Assembly (NCBI GenBank): GCA_015140255.1
Contig: CP043993.1
Coordinates: 143,579-207,578, forward strand
Direction of reading: 5' to 3'
Length of the DNA stretch: 64,000 nucleotides
DNA from: Candidatus Stammera capleta
GTDB taxonomy: Bacteria; Pseudomonadota; Gammaproteobacteria; Enterobacterales; Enterobacteriaceae
The stretch's first letter is position 1. Each line of letters begins with the position of its first letter. The notes beneath the pieces are model-generated. The model was not told the DNA's origin. It did no database searches and saw only the letters and a program-made list of their open reading frames with translations. Position numbers and translations under genes: made by a program. This document shows, in pieces, positions 45,996-64,000 of this stretch.

Positions 45996-46069
45996 GGCTA
46001 CGTAGCTTAGTTGGTTAGAGCACAGCACTCATAACGCTGAGGTCACAGGTTCAATTCCTGTCGTAGCTA
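45996..46069 (+). tRNA. tRNA-Met, elongator (anticodon CAU)
   Basis: GGCTACGTAGCTTAGTTGGTTAGAGCACAGCACTCATAACGCTGAGGTCACAGGTTCAATTCCTGTCGTAGCTA. The body matches E. coli metT rather than ileX or initiator tRNA. The Leu-Gln-Met order echoes the E. coli metT-leuW-glnU operon. Confidence 0.85.
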
Positions 46070-46091
46070 TTAAATTTAACTTAATATTATT

Positions 46092-47426
46092 ATGTGTGAA
46101 AAAGTATATATAAAAACTTGAGGTTGTCAAATGAATCATTATGATTCAAATAAAATCAAGGTATATTTAAGTAATTATATAAATTATTCATTAGTCTATT
46201 GTTTAGATGAAGCAAATATAATTATATTAAATACTTGTTCTGTACGACAAAAAGCTCAAGATAAATTATTTTTTTTTCTTGATAGAATTAAAAATATTAA
46301 AAAATTTAAAAATAATATAATTGTTGCTGTAGGTGGTTGTGTATCAATGCAAGAAAAAGAAAAAATTTTTTTACGTAGTAATATAGTTGATATAATTTTT
46401 GGTCCACAAACTTTACATAAAATTTATGATTTTATTTTAAAATTTAGAAAAAATAAAAAAAAAATTATTGACATAAATTTTTCTGGTATAGAAAAAAATA
46501 TTGATTTACCTAATAATATAAATTTAAATTTTAATAGAAGATCTTTATCTTATGTTTCTATTATGGAAGGTTGTAATAAATTTTGTTCTTATTGTATTGT
46601 TCCTTATACTAGAGGTAGAGAAATAAGTAGATCACCAGAGAATATAATTTCTGAAATATGTAGATTATCTTTATATGGAGTTTCTGAAATAAATTTATTA
46701 GGTCAAAATGTTAATGCGTATAATGGTATTTTAAAAAATAATAAAAGATGTGATTTTTCTTACTTGTTAAAATTAATTTCTAATATAGATGGTATTAAAA
46801 GAATTAAATTTACTACTAGTCATCCTAATAATTTTACTGATAAATTAATTAATACTTATAGTAAGATTAGTAAAATAATTAATTTTTTACATTTACCTAT
46901 TCAAAGTGGTTCAGATAATATTTTAAAAAAGATGCGTAGAGGTTATACTACAGATTATTATAAAAATTTAGTTAAAAAAATTTTATGTGTAAGAAAAAAT
47001 ATGATTTTTGGTTCTGATTTTATAGTTGGTTTTCCTACTGAAAGTATTGAAGATTTTCAATTAACTTTAGATTTAGTATCAAAAATAAAATTTGATAATA
47101 GTTTTGTATTTATGTATTCACCTAGACCACATACTAAATCTTTTAATGTATTAGATGACGTAAGTATAGAAGAAAAAAAGAATAGGTTATATAAAATTAA
47201 CGATTTACTTTATAAGAATTCTATTTATTGAAAAAATAAAATGATTAATTCTATACAAAAAGTATTAGTTGAAGGTGTTTCTTCAAAAAATTTAGATTTT
47301 TATTTTGGTTATACTGAAAATAGTAAAATTGTTTATTTTAAAGGTTATAAAAATTTATTAGGTCAATTAATTAAAATAAAAATTATAAAATTATATAAAA
47401 ATTATTTATATGGTGTTTTAATTTAG
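46092..47426 (+). CDS. miaB: tRNA-2-methylthio-N6-dimethylallyladenosine synthase MiaB
   Basis: MCEKVYIKTW(TGA)GCQMNHYDS, NTCSVRQKAQDK, radical-SAM CNKFCSYCIVPYTRGRE, LHLPIQSGSD, FIVGFPTES. Joins track ORF 47241-47426 (TRAM domain) through TGA. 444 aa. Confidence 0.94.
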
Positions 47427-47434
47427 ATTAAACA

Positions 47435-48100
47435 ATGAAAAAAAATATTTTTTTTTTAAAAACAAAGTATAGTTTAATAAAACCTAAAACTAAAATGCAA
47501 TTTTATTATATTAATAATATTTTAAGTAAAATTATTACTTTTGGAATAGGTGTATCAGGTACTGGTAAAACATATTTAGCTACAGCAGCAGCCATAGATT
47601 ATCTTAAAAAAAGAAAAATATATAGAATTATATTAGCTAGACCTATTGTAGAAGCAGGAGAAAAATTAGGTTATTTACCCGGTAGTTTTAATCAAAAGAT
47701 AAATCCTTATTTATGTCCTATATATGATATTTTATTTGAAATATTAGGTCCAAATTTTAGTAAAAAATATATATCTCATAACATTATTGAAGTAGTTCCT
47801 TTAGCATATATGAGAGGTAGAACATTTAATGATTCTTTTATCATATTAGATGAAGCTCAAAATACTACTATTTCTCAAATGAAAATGTTTTTAACACGTT
47901 TAGGTTTTAATTCAAAAGCAGTAATTAATGGAGATATATCTCAAATTGATTTACCTAATAAAAATTATTCTGGTTTAAAACATGCTATAAATATATGTAA
48001 AAATATAAATGATATTGGTATAACTTTTTTAGGTATTAAAGATATTATGCGTTCTTCTATTGTAGCAAATATAGTTAAAGCTTATGATAATAATAAATAA
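47435..48100 (+). CDS. ybeZ: PhoH-like ATPase YbeZ (short form, PhoH core only)
   Basis: GVSGTGKTYLATAAAI, ILARPIVEAGEKLGYLPG, PLAYMRGRTFNDSFIILDEAQNT, GDISQIDLP. 221 aa. miaB-ybeZ-ybeY order as in E. coli. Confidence 0.9.
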   Translation: MKKNIFFLKTKYSLIKPKTKMQFYYINNILSKIITFGIGVSGTGKTYLATAAAIDYLKKRKIYRIILARPIVEAGEKLGYLPGSFNQKINPYLCPIYDILFEILGPNFSKKYISHNIIEVVPLAYMRGRTFNDSFIILDEAQNTTISQMKMFLTRLGFNSKAVINGDISQIDLPNKNYSGLKHAINICKNINDIGITFLGIKDIMRSSIVANIVKAYDNNK

Positions 48101-48579
48101 TGTATAAATATTTTTTAAATATAATAAATTATTGTAATGATTGTTTTTTATTACCAAAAAATATATTTTTTTATAAGTGATTATGAAAATTAATTATTTT
48201 TTTTAATGTAAAAAAAAAAATTACAATAGTTTTAGTAAATAAAAAATTTATTAGAAAATTAAATAAAAAATTTAAAAACAAAAATTGTGCTACTGATATT
48301 TTATCTTTTACCTCTAATATTAAATATTTTAAAAATAATTTTTTAGGAGAAATTATTATATCTCCTTTGGTAATTTTAGAAAAATCTATTAAAATTAATA
48401 TTAATTATTTTTTTTATTTTTCTTATTTATTAATACATGGTTTATTACATATATTAGGTTTTAACCATAAAAAATATTCTAATTTTAAAATTATGAGAAA
48501 ATTAGAGTGTTTTTTTTTATTTAAATTAAAAAAAATTTATTTTTATGAAAATTTATTGATAAATAAAAATTATGAATAA
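48100..48579 (+). CDS. ybeY: endoribonuclease YbeY
   Basis: The ATG overlaps the ybeZ TAA (TAATG). ..ATDILSF.., and the metal site YLLIHGLLHILGFNH. 159 aa with two in-frame TGA. Confidence 0.88.
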
Positions 48580-49663
48580 TTTAAATTCTTTAAAAAAATT
48601 TAATACTTTTAATTTAGACATTAAATGTAATACTATTCATATAGTAAATAATTTATTAGATTTAAAAAGAATAACTTTTACAAATTTTAAAAAAAAAATC
48701 TATACTTTAGTTTTGGGAGGTGGAAGTAATGTATTATTTTTAAATAATTTTTATGGAAGTATTATTATAAATAAAATGAAAGGAATAAAAATTAAACAAA
48801 ATATAGATTTTTGATTTTTAGATATTTATTCTGGTGAATTATGATCTAATATAGTTGAATTTTCAATTCATAATGGTATTTATGGTTTAGAAAATTTATC
48901 TTTTATTCCAGGTTCTATAGGTGGAGCTGTAGTTAATAATATAGGTGCATATGGTTTAGAAATTAAAGATTTTTTTTATTATATTAAAATATTAGATTCT
49001 TATACAGGAAATTTTTTTTTTTTAAATAAAAAAAAATTATGTTTTTCTTATAGAAATAGTATTTTAAAAAATTCTATTAATAATAGATTTATTATAATAA
49101 AAGTAGGTTTAATAATTAAAAAAGATTGAAAACCATGTTTAATTTATAAAGATTTATTAAATTTTTTTGATCCTTTAAACCCTAATATTAGTGTTGAAGA
49201 TATTTATTTTAAAATATTTTATTTAAGAAAAAATAAAATACCTGATACTAAATTATTAGGTAATACTGGTAGTATATTTAAAAATCCTATTATTAATATA
49301 TCTTATTATAATTATATTAAAAGTATTTATTTTCCTTTTTTCGATGATTCTAATTTTACTATTAGTGAAAATAAAATTAAAATATCTGCTGCTTTATTGA
49401 TTGATATATGTGGTTTAAAAGGTTATACTATTGGATGAGCTAAAATTTATAATAAACAGCCATTGATTATTGTTAATTTAGGTAATGCTTTACCTAAACA
49501 TATTTATTCTTTAATTTTATATATTAGGAAAAAAGTATTTATAAAATTTAATATTTTTTTAGAACTTGAAATTAAAATTATTAATTTTTTTTCCTTAATA
49601 AAAAAAAAAGAATTTTTTAAAATTTAATTTATTAAAATACTTAATTAGTATTTTGAACATTTA
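48572..49663 (+). CDS. murB: UDP-N-acetylenolpyruvoylglucosamine reductase
   Basis: LKKFNTFNLD, LVLGGGSNVLF, GLENLSFIPGSIGGAVVNNIGAYGLE, FSYRNSI, GNTGSIFKNP, ISAALLIDICGLKGYTIGW(TGA)AKIY. The end (TAA 49661-49663) lies downstream of a 10-A run, so the last ~15 codons are uncertain. Confidence 0.88.
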
Positions 49664-49676
49664 ACATTAAATATTA

Positions 49677-50042
49677 ATGAATATTAATTTATTTACTTCT
49701 AAAAAAATGTATTTTTTTATATTATTATTAACTGTTTTAATATATATAAATAATTTTATTTTTTATAATATTTTTTTTTTAATTCAATATGTATTAAATA
49801 TATTTTTTTCTTTTTTATGTTTTTATTTATTTAAATCAACTTATTTAGGAAAAAAAATTTTTTTATATTTTTTGAAATCTAAATTAGAAATTTCTAAAAT
49901 TTATTGACCTTCTAAATATGAAGTTACAAAAACTGTTTTAATAGTTACTTTTTTAAGTTTTTTAATTTCTATTATAATATGAATACTAGATAATTTTTTA
50001 TTATATATAATTTCTGCTATTCTTAATTTGAGGATTATTTAA
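49677..50042 (+). CDS. secE: preprotein translocase subunit SecE
   Basis: ..EISKIYW(TGA)PSKYEVTKTVLIVTFLSFLISIIIW(TGA)ILDNFLLYIISAILNLRII parallels the E. coli SecE C-terminus (..VRKVIWPTRQETLHTTLIV...[22 protein letters not shown]). Confidence 0.88.
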
Positions 50043-50597
50043 ATGTTAGATGATAAAAAAAAAAAAAATTGATATGTAATACAAGTTTTTTCGAGTTTTG
50101 AAAAAAAAGCTATTGAATCATTAAAAGATCATATTAAATTATATGGTTTAAAGGATGATTTTGGAGATATTTTAGTTCCTACAGAACAAGTTATAGAAAT
50201 TAAAAATGGTATTCGTAAAAAAAGTGAACGTAAATTTTATCCAGGATATTTTCTAATTAATATGGTTATGAATGATAAAAATTGATATTTAATTCGTAAG
50301 GTTCCTAAAATTATAGGTTTTATAGGAGGTAATTTAGGTAATCCTTGTCCTATTAGTGATAAAGAAATTAAAATTATTAAAAGTAAATTAAGTAAAATTA
50401 AAAGTGGTAAACCTAGACCTAAAGTATTATTTGAATGTGGAGAATTAGTTAGAGTAAATAGTGGTCCTTTTTCTGATTTTAATGGTACTGTTGAGGAAGT
50501 TGATTATGATAAGAATCGTTTGAAAGTTTCTGTTTTAATTTTTGGAAGATCTACTCCTGTGGAATTAGATTTTTCTCAAGTTGAAAAAAGTAATTAA
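50043..50597 (+). CDS. nusG: transcription termination/antitermination factor NusG
   Basis: [10 protein letters not shown](TGA)[106 protein letters not shown]. Contains a 14-A run at 50055-50068. Confidence 0.95.
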
Positions 50598-50618
50598 ATT
50601 ATAATTATTAAAAAAAAA

Positions 50619-51047
50619 ATGTCTAAAAAAATACAATTTTATATAAAATTACAAGTTTTATCTGGTATGGCTAATCCTAGTCCTCCTGTAGGTCCTATTT
50701 TAGGACAAAAAGGTATTAATATTATGAATTTTTGTAAATTATTTAATGAAAAAACTAGTTCTTTAGGTAAAGGTATACCTATACCTGTAGTAATATCAGT
50801 TTATACTGATCGTAGTTTTAGTTTTATTACTAAAAGTCCTCCCGTTTCCTATCTTATTAAAAAAGAAGTTTCTTTAGATAATGGTTCTAAAAAACCTGGT
50901 CATGATATTGTTGGTTATATAACTAAAAAATCTATATTAAATATAGCTAAAATAAAATCTACTGATTTATATGGTTGTAGTTTAAAATCAATATCTAATT
51001 CTATAATTGGTACAGCTCGTTCTATGGGTATTTTAATAAAAAATTAG
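50619..51047 (+). CDS. rplK: 50S ribosomal protein L11
   Basis: 142 aa. IKLQVLSGMANPSPPVGPILGQKGINIMNFCKLFNEKT, PVVISVYTDRSFSFITKSPP. Confidence 0.96.
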   Translation: MSKKIQFYIKLQVLSGMANPSPPVGPILGQKGINIMNFCKLFNEKTSSLGKGIPIPVVISVYTDRSFSFITKSPPVSYLIKKEVSLDNGSKKPGHDIVGYITKKSILNIAKIKSTDLYGCSLKSISNSIIGTARSMGILIKN

Positions 51048-51060
51048 TTAAGGTTTTTAT

Positions 51061-51720
51061 ATGCATATTAGTAAATTAAATTTTAATAAAGATAATTTAA
51101 TAAAGATTTTTAATCTTATTAAAAATAAATCTAAAATTAATTTTATAGAATCTATAGATATAGCAATTAATTTATCTATAGATCCTAAGGATTTTACTCA
51201 AAATATTAGAGGTAGTGTTTTATTACCTTATAGTTTTAGTAAAGAAAGAAAAATAATTGTTTTTGCTCCTAAATCTAAAGAAAAAATTGCTTATTCTTCA
51301 GGAGCTTTTTTAGTTGGTATGGATGATTTATTTTATAAAGTAAAAAATAATCTTATTAAATATGATATTGTTATATCCAGTTTAGAATCTGTTGATTTAG
51401 TTAGTAAATTAGGTCAGATTTTAGGTCCTAAAGGTTTAATGCCTAATTTAAAATTAGGAACAATTACTGATAATTTGGAGAATACTATTTCAAATTTTGT
51501 TAAAGGTCAAATTACTTATAAAAATGATAAATTTGGTATTATACATGGTGTTATAGGTAAAATAAATTTTACTAGTAATCAATTATTAGATAATTTTATT
51601 TGTTTTATTAATTCCATTAAATCTAATAAACCTAATGGTTTAAAAAATAATTTTTTGTTTAAAAAAATTGTTATTTCTAGTACTATGGGGAAAGGTTTTT
51701 TAGTTAATATTAGTAATTAA
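51061..51720 (+). CDS. rplA: 50S ribosomal protein L1
   Basis: 219 aa. FIESIDIAINLSIDP....NIRGSVLLP, LGQILGPKGLMPNLKLGTIT, ITYKNDKFGIIHGVIGK, ISSTMG. Confidence 0.94.
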   Translation: MHISKLNFNKDNLIKIFNLIKNKSKINFIESIDIAINLSIDPKDFTQNIRGSVLLPYSFSKERKIIVFAPKSKEKIAYSSGAFLVGMDDLFYKVKNNLIKYDIVISSLESVDLVSKLGQILGPKGLMPNLKLGTITDNLENTISNFVKGQITYKNDKFGIIHGVIGKINFTSNQLLDNFICFINSIKSNKPNGLKNNFLFKKIVISSTMGKGFLVNISN

Positions 51721-51748
51721 TTTATTATTATTTATGAGGATTTTAAAT

Positions 51749-52237
51749 ATGTCTAAAATAGATAAAAAAAAATTTATATATCAAATAAAAAAAAAATTAA
51801 ATAAATCATTGTCTATTATGATATTAAATTTTAGTAATTTATCTGCAAATGAATTAAATTTATTTCGTAATGATGTTAAGAATAGTGGTTCTAATTTAAT
51901 GGTTATTCGTAATAATTTATTAAAAATTTCTTTACTTAAATCTGATTTAAATTATTTAAATAATTATTTATATGGACCAATTATATTATGTTTTTCTACT
52001 AAAAATTATAGTAGTTTATCAAAAGTTTTACTTAAATATTTAAATAAATATAAAAATAATTTAGTTTTAAAATCTATATCTATAGATAAAAGAAATGTTT
52101 CTTTAGATTTGAATTATAAATTGTCTTTTTTATCTTCAATTAGAAAATGTTTAATATATTTAATTTTTATTTTTAAAGAAATTTTTGTATTTAAATTACT
52201 ACGTGTTTTATCTCTTTTAAAAAATATTAAGTCTTAA
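51749..52237 (+). CDS. rplJ: 50S ribosomal protein L10
   Basis: GAGGA lies 8 nt upstream of the ATG at 51749; the track's ATG 51734 is an alternative start. ..LNFSNLSANELNLFRNDVKNSGSNLMVIRNNLL...LYGPIILCFS parallels L10. Sits between rplA and rplL. Confidence 0.85.
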   Translation: MSKIDKKKFIYQIKKKLNKSLSIMILNFSNLSANELNLFRNDVKNSGSNLMVIRNNLLKISLLKSDLNYLNNYLYGPIILCFSTKNYSSLSKVLLKYLNKYKNNLVLKSISIDKRNVSLDLNYKLSFLSSIRKCLIYLIFIFKEIFVFKLLRVLSLLKNIKS

Positions 52238-52249
52238 ATTAGGTTATAT

Positions 52250-52621
52250 ATGAATATTGATAAAAATAAAATTTTAGAACAAATATGTTCTATGTCATTA
52301 ATTGATTTAGTTGAATTAATAGATGCTATAGAAAAAAAATTTAATATAAATACTAATGATTATAAATTCAAATCTTCTGAAAATAATAGTATAAAAGAAA
52401 AAGAAGAAAAAAGTGAATTTGATTTATATTTAAATTCAGTTGGTAGTAATAAAATAGCAGTTATTAAAATAATTCGTAGTTTTTTAAATTTAGGTTTAAA
52501 AGATGCTAAAGATCTAGTTGAATCTTCTCCAGTACTTATTAAAGATAAAATAGATAAAAAAAACTTAGATATTCTAAAAAAATCTTTAGAAGATGCTGGA
52601 GCAGTTGTAGATGTTAAATAA
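52250..52621 (+). CDS. rplL: 50S ribosomal protein L7/L12
   Basis: 123 aa. N-terminal dimerisation helix ILEQICSMSLIDLVELIDAIEKKF, and C-terminal domain NKIAVIKIIRSFLNLGLKDAKDLVESSP..IK......DILKKSLEDAGAVVDVK. Confidence 0.95.
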   Translation: MNIDKNKILEQICSMSLIDLVELIDAIEKKFNINTNDYKFKSSENNSIKEKEEKSEFDLYLNSVGSNKIAVIKIIRSFLNLGLKDAKDLVESSPVLIKDKIDKKNLDILKKSLEDAGAVVDVK

Positions 52622-52655
52622 ATTAATTCATTATTTAAAGATTATATAAAATAGT

Positions 52656-56696
<4,041 letters not shown>

Positions 56697-56744
56697 TTTT
56701 AAATAATTAATTTAATTATTTTATATTTTAAGGTTACTATTATT

Positions 56745-60947
<4,203 letters not shown>

Positions 60948-60965
60948 TTAATAAATTTAATAATT

Positions 60966-61949
60966 ATGAAAAAAAAACTTTTTAGTGCCATACAGCCTAG
61001 TGGTGGTGTTACTATAGGTCATTATATAGGAATTTTAAAAAAATGATTTTTAGTACAAAAAAAATATAATTGTTTTTATTGTATAGCAGATTTACATTCT
61101 TATACTAATAATTTTAAAAAAAAAAAAAAATATATATTAGATATATTATCTATAATATTAGCTCTAGATATAGATTATAAGAAAAACATTATTTTTTTAC
61201 AATCTCATATTTATGAACATACTCAATTATATTGATTATTTAATTGTTGTTCTTATATAGGTGAATTAAAACGTATGACACAATTTAAACAAAAATCTAA
61301 AAAAAATAAATTTATTAATTGTGGTTTATTTACTTATCCTATATTAATGGCAGCTGATATATTATTATATAACTCTAATTATGTTATTATAGGTCAAGAT
61401 CAAGTTCAACATTTAGAATTTACATGTAATATTGCTAAAAGAATTAATAAATTATTTAGTAAAAAAATATTTTTTTTACCTAATTGTATTTTTTCTTCAT
61501 GTTCTAAAGTAATGTCTTTATTAAATCCTAAAAAAAAAATGTCTACATCAGATATTAATAAATTTAATGTTATTTATTTATTAGATAATTTGGATTTAGT
61601 TACTACTAAAATTAATAATTCTTTTACTGATAGTGATGTTCCTGCAAAAATTATTTTTGATATGGTTAAAAAACCTGGAATATCTAATTTATTAAATATT
61701 TTATCTAATATTAGTGATATATCTATTTTAGATTTAGAAAATAAATTTATTGGTTATTCTTATAAAGAATTTAAAAAAATAGTAATTAATAAATTAATAA
61801 ATTTTTTAAAATTATTACAGAAAAGATTTTTTTTCTTTCGTAAAAAAGAAAAATTTTTAAAAAAAATTTTATTAGAAGGTAAAAGAAAAGCTAAAATAGA
61901 AGCTAAAAAAAATATGTTTTTTATTAAAAAATTATTTTTTGATATTTAA
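60966..61949 (+). CDS. trpS: tryptophanyl-tRNA synthetase
   Basis: LFSAIQPSGGVTIGHYIG, FYCIADLHS, GELKRMTQFKQKS, YPILMAADILLY, IGQDQVQHLEF, KKMSTSD (KMSKS). A 15-A run at 61116-61130 is in frame. 327 aa. Confidence 0.93.
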
Positions 61950-61958
61950 TAATTATTT

Positions 61959-62612
61959 TTACCATATAATGGGTATTTTATTTTTTTTTTTTAAGTAAAT
62001 ATTTGCTTTTTTAAAGTGATTACATCCAAAAAAACTTTTTTCAGCTGATAAAGGTGAAGGATGTGAACATGTTAAAATTAAATGTTTTTTATTATTAATA
62101 ATTTTTTTTTTTTTTTGAGCATGTTTACCTCATAACATAAAAACTATATTTTTTAAATAAAAATTTATGTATTTAATAATGTTATCTGAAAAGATTTCTC
62201 ATCCTATATTTTTATGAGAACATGATTTATTTTTTTCTACTGTAAGAATTGTATTAAATAAAAAGACACCTTGTTTGACTCAATTTATTAAATATCCATT
62301 TGATGGTTTTTTAAAATCTTTAAATTCATATTGTAATTCTTTATATATATTTATAATAGATTTAGGTAATTTATTATTAGGTAATATAGAAAAAGCTAAT
62401 CCATGTGCCATATTTTCTCCATAATATGGGTCTTGACCTAATATAACTACTTTAATATTATTAAATTTTATTAATTTAAATATTTCAAAAATATTTTTTT
62501 TTTTAGGAAAGATTATTTTTTTTTTTTTATATTCATTTTTTAAAAAATTTATTATTTTTATAAAATATTTTTTTTTTTTTTCTTTTTGAAAAATTATTTT
62601 TCAATCTATCAT
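61959..62612 (-). CDS. ung: uracil-DNA glycosylase
   Basis: Not in the ORF track (four in-frame TGA). Frame checked codon by codon from ATG 62610-62612 to TAA at 61959-61961. KVVILGQDPYYGENMAHGLAFS, GYLINW(TGA)VKQGVFLFNTILTVE, NIGW(TGA)E.F, FMLW(TGA)GKHAQ, LTCSHPSPLSA. 217 aa. Confidence 0.92.
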
Positions 62613-62613
62613 T

Positions 62614-63474
62614 TTACTTATTTTTTTTAATATTAATATATAAAAAAATTTTTTTTTTGAAATTTAAGTATTTTGCTATACTTTTTTTAGATAAATATAT
62701 TATTTTTTTAATTTTATTTCCAAATTTACCTATTAATATAGGGATATGTTGTTTTTTATTAATATATAAATTACTATTTATATAATAATATTTTTTTTTT
62801 TTAATAATATTTTCTATTTTAAATTTTATTAGATATGGTATTTCATCTCCTGTGAGTCTAAATATTTTTTCTCTAATTATTTCTTTAAATATTTCTTGTT
62901 TACTATATATGTTATTTTTTTTTCAATAAAAATTTGATTTAATTAAATATTTATTTATAATTTTATTTATTATTTTAATATTTTTTTTTTTTTTTGCTGA
63001 TATGGGTATAATAGTATTAAAATTTGTATATGATTTAATTTTTTTTATATAAGGTAATATTTTTTCTTTATTTTTTAATTTATCTATTTTGTTTATTATT
63101 ATTATGTAAGGTATTTTATATAAATTAATTTTATTAATTATTCTAATTTCTTCAAAAAATTTTTCTATTTTAACTATCAGTATAATTAAATTAATTTTTT
63201 TATTAATTTTATTTTTTTTTAAAATATCTAATGCATTATTAATATTTTTATCTATATCTTTTATAAATTTAAATCCTGGTGTATCTATATATATATAAAG
63301 TTTTTTATTTTTATTATTTATTCCTAAAATATTTTTTTGAGTAGTATATTTTTTTTTAGATGTAATAGAAATTTTTTTATTTATTAATTTATTAAATAAA
63401 GTTGATTTTCCAACATTAGGTTTACCTACTATTAGGGTAATACATATTTTTTTAATTTTATTTTTTTTTTGCAT
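62614..63474 (-). CDS. era: GTPase Era
   Basis: G1 IVGKPNVGKSTLFNKL, ISITSKK..TT, G3 IDTPG, G4 INKID, and after TGA 62923 the KH domain ..EIIREKIFRLTGDEIPY.. Ends at TAA 62614-62616. 286 aa. The start overlaps the rnc end by 17 nt. Confidence 0.92.
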
Positions 63475-64000
63475 TAATTTTACTTTTAATTAGTCCTATT
63501 TTAATTAAAGTTTGTTTAGCAGATTTTTGTTCTGCTTCTTTTTTACTATATCCTATACCTTTAAAAATTTTATTTATTATTTTTGTTTTACATTTAACTA
63601 CAAATATTTGTTTATGTTCTTTTCCTTTTTTTTCTGATATATAATATTTAGGTAAAGGTAATTTAATTTTTTGTAAATATTCTTGTAGGATAGTTTTATA
63701 ATCTTTATGATTATTTTTTTTATTTAATATTTTTTTATTATTTTTATAATTAAAAAATAATTTTTTTACAATTTTTTCTACTATTTTAATATTTTTACTA
63801 TCTATGAATATAGCTCCTATTATTGCTTCTAAAGTATTAGCTAAAATAGATATTTTATATTGTCCTAACATTTTTATTTCACCTTGTCCTAATAAAATAT
63901 ATTTATTTAATTTTATATTTTGAGCTATTTTAAATAAATTATTTTTATTTACTAAATTAGCTCTTATTCTAGTCATGAAACCTTCTTTTTTATTAGAAAA
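63458..64000 (-). CDS. rnc: ribonuclease III, C-terminal two thirds; the 5' end lies beyond the window
   Basis: ..(F)MTRIRANLVNKNNL.., ILANTLEAIIGAIFIDS, and dsRBD KDYKTILQEYLQKIKLPLPKY...GIGYSKKEAEQKSAKQTLIKI. The frame is open to position 64000. rnc-era order as in E. coli. Confidence 0.9.
   Translation of the reverse strand, partial: FSNKKEGFMTRIRANLVNKNNLFKIAQNIKLNKYILLGQGEIKMLGQYKISILANTLEAIIGAIFIDSKNIKIVEKIVKKLFFNYKNNKKILNKKNNHKDYKTILQEYLQKIKLPLPKYYISEKKGKEHKQIFVVKCKTKIINKIFKGIGYSKKEAEQKSAKQTLIKIGLIKSKINAKKK

Noticed and set aside
61946-61961. My first-pass reading of ung suggested an end at 61946 overlapping trpS, and my first-pass reading of murB and prmB gave different C-termini.
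   Set aside because: Codon-by-codon recounting through the homopolymer runs showed those readings were out of frame. The in-frame ung stop is TAA at 61959-61961. This is why gene ends near long A/T runs carry lower confidence.

Overview
This window is a gene-dense slice of an extremely A+T-rich, heavily reduced bacterial genome of the obligate-endosymbiont type. It holds about 61 intact protein genes, 1 frameshifted gene and 12 tRNA genes, with almost no spacer DNA.

Content is nearly all housekeeping:
- polA 5'-exonuclease fragment, mnmG-atpBEFHAGDC, a tRNA cluster, valS, pepA, efp, ompR
- tRNA-Trp and tRNA-Ile, hinT, proS, tilS, dut, rplY, nfo, acpS, hspQ, corA, trxA-rho
- metG, rpoZ, cca, tsaD, rpsU-dnaG-rpoD, frr-uppS-rseP-bamA-skp-dnaE, rpmB-rpmG, yajC, ahpC
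- tmk-holB-ycfH, prmB, miaB-ybeZ-ybeY, murB, secE-nusG-rplKAJL-rpoBC, trpS, ung, era, rnc

Gene order consists of blocks of the E. coli-type backbone. Rho, OmpR, RpoB, RpoC and RpoD are nearly colinear with my memory of the E. coli proteins. Both points suggest an Enterobacterales-derived gammaproteobacterium.

The supplied standard-code ORF track is fragmented because TGA is read as Trp here (code-4-like). Every long gene is a chain of same-frame pieces joined by TGA at positions where orthologues have Trp. Every gene end I could place is TAA or TAG. I therefore re-joined the pieces and give code-4 coordinates.

I found no rRNA genes, CRISPR arrays, IS elements or transposases, phage, toxin-antitoxin or defence genes. 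No unassigned ORF remains that could hide a novel protein system.

The observations most worth a second look concern the translation apparatus:
1. UGA=Trp in a gamma-proteobacterial background.
2. A tRNA-Trp that keeps anticodon CCA but carries the Hirsh-suppressor-like A24 in the D-stem.
3. A 1-nt frame break exactly inside the NPPY catalytic motif of prmB, at a CCC-A site that looks +1-slippery.
4. An ATGA gene junction that looks like a fossil UGA stop.
5. An intact ompR with no adjacent envZ.
6. Collapse of the frr...dnaE envelope cluster, with lpxD-fabZ-lpxA-lpxB, cdsA and dxr gone while bamA and skp are kept.
7. Very long A/T homopolymers inside essential genes.

All similarity statements come from reading translations against remembered reference proteins. 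No database search was run.
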